The notes under the pieces were generated by a model that saw only the letters and a list, made by a program, of their open reading frames with translations, ran no database searches and had not been told where the DNA came from. A program made the position numbers and the translations under genes. Shown piece after piece: positions 53,941 through 64,000 of a DNA stretch of 64,000 nt (within the stretch, counting starts at the first letter, position 1; each line of letters opens with the position of its first letter). Origin of the DNA: the human T2T-CHM13v2.0 reference genome, Homo sapiens; the NCBI RefSeq assembly GCF_009914755.1, contig NC_060927.1; one strand, written 5' to 3'.

Positions 53941-54657
53941 AGTTCTTCCTGGTTCCTTTAACCAACCAGTGATAATGTCTTCCTCCCTTGAGATGCCGTC
54001 GCAGGTTGTCTGTATGCCTTTCTGAACTGATAGCACAGCAAGGAGACTGGACCTGATTAAGCAGGGGAAACCTTTGGCTGGGGATGCAATAGACATAGAA
54101 CACAGTTAATGGGCTAGAGAAGAGACAGTGGAGGCTGAAAGAACCCCGGGAACAGTCAGCAAGGCAAACCTGGGTTTCTGTTCTCTTCATTATTAAAGGA
54201 AACTGGCTGCAAGACCCTCCCTTTCCTTTCCTCTCGATTCTTGTTACCGCAGCCACTTTTTCTGTGCCCTTATTTTATGGTAGTCATTTGACTTCTAGAA
54301 GTCAGCGCACGGACCACAGGCTCACTCCAGAAACCACACTTCCAAATTTGAAAGCCAGTCAATTCCTAAAGACTCCAACTTCTGCATTTTTTACCAATTC
54401 CTCCCCTCCATAGCTTCCAAAATTCTGTATAGGATCAACTTTTGCTTTGTTCAGAGAGATACATTGTTCTCCCTTGATTAACAAACAATTCAGCTTCAAA
54501 TATTGTTTCAGATTTTGAGAGATAGCCTCTTCCTCTGACATAGAATTAAGTGAATTAATACAGATAATGCCTTAAAACAGTGTCTGGTACATATTGGGAA
54601 CTAATAAAAGTTAGCTAACAGTAGTAAATAACAACAATATTTATTCAATACATAAAT

Positions 54658-55028
<371 letters not shown>

Positions 55029-55904
55029 TCAGATTGATCAAATGACCAGGGTAATAAACTCTAGACCAAGTGGCTGGTGAGTTATCACCTCTGGAAGGGC
55101 AGGAAGAGAGGACCACAGTGGTTGGGGGTTCCCCTGTGAGAAGAGCAGAGCTTCCTCCACCATGTTCAGAACGCAAGATGGTAGCTGAGTAGTTCAGCCC
55201 ACACTGGGTAGGCAGCTTCCTAGACCTTCTGCCTTGTTGCTTTCCACCTTGCCCTGTGTTTACCTGTGTAGAGGTTTTATTTCTTATACCAGATTATAAA
55301 CCTACAGAAAAAAGCCATGTCTCATTTTACTGACCATTCCAGAAACAGAGTTCAGCAACTGGCTTTCAATAGCTCTCTGAGGACTGACTGGCTGACTGTA
55401 TATTTACTTTGGAAGTCATCTTATCTAACCTTTTCATACAATCCAATAATTCCCTCCACAACCTGTGGCCCAGACATGAGAAGAGCTGACTTCTAGTCCC
55501 ACTTGATCACTCCCAAGTTCTCTGATCCTGAAATAATACAACCTCTCTGTGCCTGTTTTCTCATCTATAAAAATTGGAGCCCATCTGAGGAAAGTGATCT
55601 GCTAGCTTCCAAAAAATTCCTGGGAAAATTAATGAAGATTCAGAATCCGGATTCCTACCCAAAAGGATTCTATGTGGAGCCTAGGATCTAAAATTTCAGG
55701 AAGTATTCCCATTTATATTAATAATACTGAAATACACTAATATGCAGTGGGTATGGAAATGGCTATTCTGGGTGACCTCTAAAGTCCTTCCAAAACTTCA
55801 AATCTTCAGTTGTCTAGCCCCTCTCTCTACTCCTTTAATAATTATGTATTTATCTTAAATATGCATCAATCTCCGAGAAGTTAAGAACTGAAAAATTACA
55901 ATAC

Positions 55905-56130
55905 TACATATATATATATATATACACATATATGTATATATATACATATATATGAGAGAGAGTACTTACTATGTGCCAGGCCCTGTTCTAAAAGTTTTAC
56001 AGATTTAACAAATGTAATTGTAACAAACTCGTTACTCAGTTTTTCAGATGAGAAAACTGAGGCACAGAGAGGGTTTAATTCAGTTGAATTGCCTTGCCCA
56101 AGGTCACAGAACTAGTGAGTAGTGAAACTG
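55905..56130. mobile_element. (TA)n-rich repeat followed by a MIR
   Basis: tatatata...; cagatgagaaaactgaggcacagagagg...ttgcccaaggtcacag. Confidence 0.7.
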
Positions 56131-58509
56131 AGGTAAATTTTTACTGAGTACTAAATATTTGCTGAAGTTCTATGAAGGATCAATGAGATTCTGCTTTATG
56201 GGTATCTACCATTAGCAAGGCATCATTAGGGAGTTAATAATGACAGCAAGACGAATTACTGTACTTGGGTAATTGGGGGCCTCAAAGTGCTGAATAACAG
56301 CAATAGAAGATAATAAGTGTCAAGTAGTGCCACGTGGAAGACACCAATAAAATATGCTGAATGTAAACAATGTAGACATTTGAAATTAAGGGTTGTGGTT
56401 ATAGGAGAAGCTGAGGTGTCAGGGAAGATTTCTGAAATTAGAAGACCTGCCTTCTCTTTGAACATATGCACTAATAAATAATATACTTTTAAAACCTCAT
56501 CACTTCTGAAGTAACAACTTCATTGACAGCTGCCCAGACCTCCCACCTTGTCACTTTCACAATGGTCACAAAACTTTTCCTGAGAGTGACTCCAAATATG
56601 CATTTCTGTCATGTCTATAGGCTTTTATAGTAAATGAGTTAAGTACATGGAATTTTTCTTCCACAGGACTGTAATCCAAATATGTGAAGACTTTTTATCA
56701 ATGCTTTTAATTGTCAGTTAAAACTGCTCTCAGTTTTTTCAGTGGTTTCCGATAGTCCGTGGTCTGTAGTCTGGACCAATTTGCTTTTATCTTATAAAAT
56801 GAGGCATCTCACAAAATTCCAGGTGTGATCTCACCAACTCTCAACATGGTGAACTCATATTTCCCATGCTCTGGTCACCATGATTTCATTAATAAAGCTT
56901 TTATTGACACCATAGTGGATTCCAAAGCCTGAGCTTTAAGTCCTGGCCCAAATTCTAACTCTGCTTCTGTGACCTTACTCATGTTATTTAACCTCTGTGT
57001 GATCCGTATTTCTTTTCTGGCAAATGGGGAAAACAGCTATGAGTCATTGAAAGGGTCAAATGTGGTAATGTGTGCAAGGTACTAAACAAAGTGCCAGGGA
57101 CAGTGTAAAGAACTCAATAAATGATAACTATTAATGAGTTTCAGTCTATATGAACTCTCTTTTGGCACTCACGTTACACTGTTGGCTCAGGTAGAAGTCA
57201 TAATTAGCAGTCTTAGGGTTTTGTCAGAAAGTCTGCCAGTAAAAGCCAAGTTTCCCATCCAAGTCTCTTTAATTGTTCAGAGCAAGTTAGCAATAGAAAA
57301 ATAATGTTTGCTTTCAAAGGACAGAAATGAGAAACAATGAATCAAAAGTGAATCCAGACATCTGGTTGGGGGAGGCCAAGGAGCTCTTCAGAAAGTTAGT
57401 GCAAAGACGCTGGGGACCAAGGGAGGCAGAAGGGTCAGGACTTAGAGAATCCCGTAGGCCGGTCCAAGAGAGTCTGAGAAGCAAAGTTTAAGAGCTGGGG
57501 TAGTATTAATTAATAAATTAATAAGAGCCTCACCCAGCCTGGTGCCTGTGGATACAGAAGTAAAAAACAGTCTCTGTTCTCAAGTTGTTAAAAGTCTAGA
57601 AAGCGAATATTTAAGAAACCAGGGCAAAGAAAAATTGAGATTTAAAAAAACTGAAGATATATTTTCTCTTCTGGAGGTTTCTAAGTCAGGCATTTCTTCC
57701 AGGCTCAAAAGAATGGATGCCTAATTTACCTGATGTACCTGGTACATCAGCCTCATAGATTGTTTGCCACACTTTTGAATTTCACACTGGTTTTAAAGCT
57801 ATTTTAGTTGTCTTAAAAATGACATGCCAATGAGAGCGGGTAACTGTGAACAACCTACAAAGAAGATGACTATGGGAAATATTAAGAAATAACAATAACA
57901 CAAAGCCGTGAGAACAGAAGCTCTGAAGCTTTGGGTAATGGCGACAAATGTGGCAACTTAGTCCCTGGATCTAGCCCTGTGATTTGATAGAATCATAAAG
58001 AAGGCTTAGGGATTGAACCATTTCCACATCCAATCCACAAACATGAATTCAAAGGAGTAAACAGAAAACTATGTTTACAACTTTGTCAGCAAGAGATATG
58101 GGTATCTATTTTATTTTATTTTTTTTTGAAAAGAGCAAGACGAGAATTTTAATCATTTCTTTAGTCTCATCTTGGGGTCAAATTCTCCTTAGCTGAAATC
58201 CACAGTGAGCAGATACTTCTCTTACTCATACTTTCATGAGATAGTCATAAAATATTGAATTGCTACTATGTTCAAGACATTAGGGCAGGCACTATAGAAA
58301 ACTTCAAGACCAAAAAGACACACAGATGGTGACCCCAAAATCCAATAAGGGAAATTAGACATGTTTATTAATACTTGAAATCCTATCCAAAAGGCATAAA
58401 GTTTGATAGGTGAAGTCAGATAAAACATACTGAAATTTCAGAGAAGGGTATTGTTTCTCAATGTGAGAAGCAGGAAGTCCTTCTGGATGAGGTGGCATTT
58501 GAGACAGAC

Positions 58510-59430
58510 CTCCATTCATCCAATCAGCAAATACTTATATTTAGTGCCTATTATGTATAGAACTCTGTGTAAGGCATTTGAGGTTGAGCAATGAACAAGA
58601 AAAATTTACATTTAGTTGGGGTGGATAATATATGCAGTTAAGACAAACAGATAAATTATTAAAATAATGCAGGCTATAATGTTCTAAAGGAAATACCTGA
58701 ATGACTTCATAGAATAAGGACAAGGAGCTATTGTAGATATAATTTGGAAAAAATGTTTCTGAACAGAAGATATCTGAATTGAGTTGTAAAAGAGAAGGAG
58801 AGCCAGACACGAAAGATATGGAAAGAGAATGATCCAGGAAGAAGGAACAGAAAATGCAAGCAATCAATAAGCTGGCTTCTTTAAGAAATGGAAAGAGATA
58901 AGTGTGGCCCAAGTGTGAGGGCAAGGGAAAGGAAGGGTGAAATTAGATTTGGAAATAGGGACTGGGAGCAGATCAGGTAAGGTCGTATTTTACTCTAAAA
59001 TCAACAAGAAGCCACTTAAGGGTTTTAAACAGAGGAGTAACATGAACTGGCTTACATTTATGGAAGATTCCTCTGGATGCCGTGTAGAGAATGAACTGTC
59101 AAAAGACAGATGTGGAAATAGGGAGACTGCTTAGGTCACAACTGTAGAAGTCCAGGCAGTAGACAATGGGAACTTTGGTCTGGATGGTGGCAGACGAGAT
59201 GGAGCAAAGTGCTGCAACTTGGGAGATATTTAGGTGATAAAGCTTAAAGAACTTGCGGATAGATTGGATGTAGGGGTCAAGAAAGCAAAAGAATTTAAAG
59301 TAATTCTTAGGTTTGAGACCCGAGCAATGAGACAGATGGTGACTAGTGAACCCTCTATACTGATCTGGGGAATGCTGGGGAAAAGCAAGTTAGACAAATG
59401 TGTGGCTGGGACATAGGAAGATCGACATTT
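58510..59430. mobile_element. L2 fragment
   Basis: cattcatccaatcagcaaatacttat L2 end; gaagccacttaagggttttaaacagagg. Confidence 0.65.
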
Positions 59431-59524
59431 TGACAAATTCATAGGAATTGGTCATGATGACATAGAGACAAGATTCATGCCATGGACATTCATGACAGAA
59501 AAAGCAACATGGACTAAGGCAGAA

Positions 59525-59526
<2 letters not shown>

Positions 59527-59564
<38 letters not shown>
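59527..59564. repeat. (GT)19 microsatellite
   Basis: Read directly from the sequence. Confidence 0.95.
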
Positions 59565-59566
<2 letters not shown>

Positions 59567-61689
59567 AAGAAACTCAAGTACTTCTGTTTGTCCAAGGGGC
59601 AGGGTCTGTAAATGAGGGAAGGAGCTTTTGAGAAAGAGGCAAGGAGACCAACCTTGCAGGGACTTCAGTAGAAACTGAGGAGTTCAGCTGTTACTTACTG
59701 AGTGGGCAATAGGAGGCCACTGAAAGCTGTTGATGGGATAAGAAGACTGCCTTAGAAAGATGAAGCGGGACTGGTGTAAAGTTTAGGTGTGAAACCAAGA
59801 ATTGAAGGAAGAGAGAAATGATGGCAATAATCCAGGCCAGGGAGAGGGAGGAAATGAACTAAATAGTAGACAGGATGGTAGGTTTACATTTTATTTTATA
59901 CTCTCTCCTACAATACCATTACTGAATTTGAGCCAGGTATCCCATATCTTTGTAAAGAGTTCTACAACTGTCAATGGATAGACAGCTTTTCTCTCCTCCA
60001 GTAAGTCTATGTTCTAAAAATGATCATTAGATAAAAAGTGACAGAATAAGATGGGAGAAAATCACTCTGTGCATCAGCACCTTTCTTGAAAAGCACAGAT
60101 GAACATGTAATATTTCTGGGAGGGAACATGTTCCCGTCACCCAGAGTTTTACATTATGAGACTACGTTGTGTTAGAATCTCAGATACCACTCAGATAATT
60201 CTGATTCTACTGAAACACCAAGGCATCCCCACAAACCAAAGAGCCAGGTCCATAAACACCATCCAGCTTCTGAGAGAACGTGCTCCTCAGAAGGGAGTCT
60301 CTGAAACAGCCAGAAAAATAGCTGGCAGTGTCCTACCAATAGCCAATAAATACATAGTACATCATAAACCCTGCTTATTTTAATTTCAGTAATGTTTTTC
60401 TTTCACTGGGCACAAGGCCAGGAATTAGATAACCTAATCTTTTCAAGAGAGTAGATTTTTCAGAGACACTTACTCCTATTGCTTGAGTAAATATTACTTG
60501 ATAAGGGGCATGACGTGCTGCAATTGTATATCTTAGATTGTCATATTAATAAGGCAGCTCTCCAAACCACCTCCACCCACCAAACCATTTCTAAATCTTT
60601 TGAACTTCTATAATGGGTACAAATTCAGCTTGAAAACACTTATGCAATTGGGCTCCATGAAAAAAATTTGACTTAACATAGCCATTTAGTAAATTTTATC
60701 CCTGTCCTTCAGTCCCAGTTTGGAGCACTTTACTCGATCATATCCTTTAATGTGGCTTAGTGGTAGCTACTGCACCACAGAGCAGTATTTTCCTCAGGAG
60801 CTGTATCTTCCTTCTTCTCTCCATTAACCACTGTCACCCCCCATAGTCATAGTTTCTGTTGGCATTTTCCTCCTCTGACATCTTGGCTGTTTGTCCTTTC
60901 TTATTCTTCATCCTTTTCTTGTCTATATACATTTATAAAACACCAGGTTTCACTCATTGCTTTAATGGTAACTTCTGTGTTTTCTGAGATTCAGGGCTGA
61001 GTAAATAGAAGGCCTGTTTTTAGTTTGCTTGTTTACTTGAGGCCATTTTTGGTCTAACTAGCATCCCAACTAGAACCACCCTTCCCCTAGGACATGGTCT
61101 TGGTGATACTGTCAGTTAAATACCCTTTTGTGGGTATCTCCAAGTTCTAAGTTTTCCAGATCTCAAGTCACCTTGGTTCCTGTCTTATTTAAGACCTAAT
61201 TATTTATCTTTCTCTAATTCTGTGAGCTTTCTAAGATACTCTCAATAAACTCCCCCTTTTGGTGAGCAAGAGTCATTCTGCACTCTGTGAAACTAGAGAG
61301 CCATATGAATACTCTGAGTAGCTTGGATTCTGTAGCCATTTCCAACTGATGAAAATTAAAACCAACTAGACACACCTTACTAAGTATACTCTCTTGACCT
61401 TCAGAGTCTCTCATCTATTTACACTGTTTTCCAAAACTTGGAGGTCAACCAGTTACTGTCAGACAATAAATATGCTGTTTTTTTTCTAACTTTCTTCCCA
61501 TGTATAATTCTGGATGCTTGAGGTCAGTGTGTATAGTGCAGTCATAGCAAAAAGAGTCCAGGGCAGTGCTGCCAAAAAGAAATATAATGCAAGCCACTGA
61601 CACAAGCCACCTGAGTAATTCTATCTTCTCTAGTAGCTTTTCTAGTTGTAGTGTGGCATAAATGAAACAAAAATATAATTGCACTTATA

Positions 61690-61960
61690 AAATAATAATG
61701 GTTAACATTTAATGGATACTTACAATGGACCAGGTATTGGGATATACACTTTATATATTTATATACATATATATGAGGTTATTTCATTTAATCCTCATAA
61801 CTGCCTTATGATGAAGATATCTTTATTAACTCTATTTTATAGATAAGAAAACTGAAGTTAGAGAAAGAGAATTGCCCAAGTCATATAGCTAGTAAGTGGT
61901 GGAGCCAGAATTCAAAGCCAGGCAGCCTGATTCCAGATGCCATGTTAATAATTACCATAT
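61690..61960. mobile_element. MIR
   Basis: tcatttaatcctcataac...ttttatagataagaaaactgaag...ttgcccaagtcatatagctagtaagtggtggagccagaattcaaa. Confidence 0.75.
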
Positions 61961-63324
61961 TCTCCTTTTTTCCAAAAAAGGCAAGGAAGAACATATTGCT
62001 TTCTGTGTCTTATCAACCACACTAAACTATTTGGATACATTTTTGTACTCCTAAAGCAATAAGCGATTATCTTAGAAGTATGTATTAAATTGCAATGTGT
62101 TACAATTAATATATAGTTTTAAAACCAATTTGCTCAAGTGTTGACTACAGGACTTTAAATGAATTCCATTTAACCAGCAATTTAAATGAAAATTTAAATA
62201 AATGCTATAAATGGGTGCCTCATTTGCATCATCTGTTGATTTACTCTGATATGGGGATTATCTTTGCCCAGGGTTCTGCCTCCTTAGGGCTTTGGTGAAT
62301 CATTTTCTAGGTGAACAGGAGGCACTTACTCTCAGCTCTCTTGCTTCTCAATGCACATGTTGTAACATTCACATGTGGCCACCTTCAGATACAGAAAACT
62401 GTACTTACCAAATTCCTTTAGAGTTACTAAATGTGATTGGAAAGTACATATTGAGAAGCTCATTGGAATGGCAGTAAAACCTTTCCAAGGGGTACATTTA
62501 AATTAAAACAGATGGTCCAAACTGCCTTCTAGGGAGGGAGGACACTGTTACCTGCAAGAAAAATGCATTGCTGAGTAGGGTTTGCAAATCTGGGGCCAGA
62601 GCTTGAATTTCTTAGTGAAGTAGGTAGTGAAGAGGGTGAGGCTGAAACTCATCCCTTTATGCCACACAGATTCAGCTTCACCTCTATATAAAATTGGAGC
62701 AAATGTCCTAAAAATTGTAGCTTCCTGGGAGTCATCACAGTAACACAAACTACATTATAGATTGTACCGCTGGAGTGGCAAATGCAGGTGCCCTGAGGAA
62801 TGCCCACACATCTCACTGCTACTGTAATGTTGAGAAATGAAGTACTCGCAGAACACTGCCTAACAGATCATAGTGACACTGGCCTGGGTTATTCCTCAGC
62901 TGAAACTCACTGAGAGATGGGTTTGGAACCATCTAGGATATGGGCCAAGGATGTTTTTGGCCATTTATGTGTAAGATTTTGGGATCTTAGAGCTTTACAA
63001 GCACTTACAGATCAGTTAGCAAATGTCCTCATGTTGAATTTGAGAGAACCAAGGTTTGATGACACAGAGATTGCTTGAAGCCTGTGTAACCCCTTCTAAA
63101 GATTCACCAGATCCACTAAGTGTTATCTACATTCCACCACTCGTAAGCATCTAGAACCTATTTCATATAATCGTAGCTAGCATTTATTTAGTGCTTACTC
63201 TATGCCATGTTTTTGTAGGTCCTTTGTAAACAGCAGCACATTTATACAAAACAACAACTCTTTGAAAATACAAACAACTAAACTCACTCTGGTTAAGTAA
63301 AGCAGAAAAAAACCTGCTTGAAGG

Positions 63325-64000
63325 GTATATCAGCTGTCTATAGTTGTACCAAAAAAGGAACCCAAAATTTAGTAGCTTAAAGCAGCACCAACGTACATAA
63401 TTGCTTCGGGGTAATTCTGGTCTTGCCTGGGCTCACTCACACAACTGCATCCAACCTGTGCATTGGCTCAGAGCTCAGCTCAGCCAGGAAGATTGAGATG
63501 GCTGGGTCTTTCTATGTAGGCTTTTATTATCAAAGAGATAAGACTTGTCTTCCTCATAAAGTAATACCAGCTTTGAAGACAGTGAAGGCAAAAGCTACAG
63601 CACCTCTTGAGATCTCAGATGATTTGTCATAAATATCACTTCTGCTGTCTAGTGGTCAAAGCAAGTAGCAAAAGCAGCCAGACTCAAGGATATAGAGAAA
63701 AAAAAAAAAAAAGCTCACCTCTTGATGACAGAAGGCAGTTGTCACATCATTGCAAAGTGGTAAGCATACTAGGAAGAAAGGATTCTGAAACCAATTTTGC
63801 AATCTATCATAGTCCAGTCTCTGATCAAAATTCATATTCCTCTCATCCACAAAATATCCTCATTCCCATATGAGGACCTTCCAAAATCTTATCTCATTAT
63901 AGAATTAGGCTTGAAGTCCAGAATATCGTGGTCTGTGTCTTGTCTATAGGCAGACAAGACTGTTCAGTTATGTTCTTGGTCCAGAGACCCCTAAACTAAA
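63325..64000. mobile_element. MLT1-type MaLR LTR, probably followed by internal sequence
   Basis: cccaaaatttagtagcttaaagca...tcacttctgctg...gtggtcaaagcaagt...cacctcttgatg. Confidence 0.55.

Noticed and set aside
53867-54256. 129-aa ORF, and the 119-127 aa ORFs at 33129, 47070 and 58541
   Set aside because: No recognisable domain; they overlap L2/MIR remnants and their lengths are expected by chance.

Overview
Primate, almost certainly human, genomic DNA. It is AT-rich and CpG-poor, has no CpG island and is dense in interspersed repeats. The whole window lies inside GADL1 (glutamate decarboxylase-like 1), a PLP-dependent aspartate/cysteine-sulfinate decarboxylase, on the minus strand. Ten internal coding exons (exons 2-11) were read directly from the sequence. 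All have GT-AG boundaries and consistent phases, total 1013 nt and encode about residues 13-350, including the NPHK PLP-lysine motif. Exon 1, the promoter and exons 12 onward are outside the window. The rest is intron containing Alu, L1, L2, MIR, CR1/L3, MaLR/ERV LTRs, hAT MITEs and microsatellites. I do not see a novel multi-gene system. The most interesting signals are: the exon 7/8 splicing module with its Z-DNA-like tract, a twin-primed 5'-inverted L1PA, a CR1/L3 fossil, an L1-derived acceptor region for exon 4, inverted Alu pairs, palindromic MITEs and nested tandem duplications. Repeat subfamily names and exon numbering are from memory of consensus and reference sequences and were not computed.
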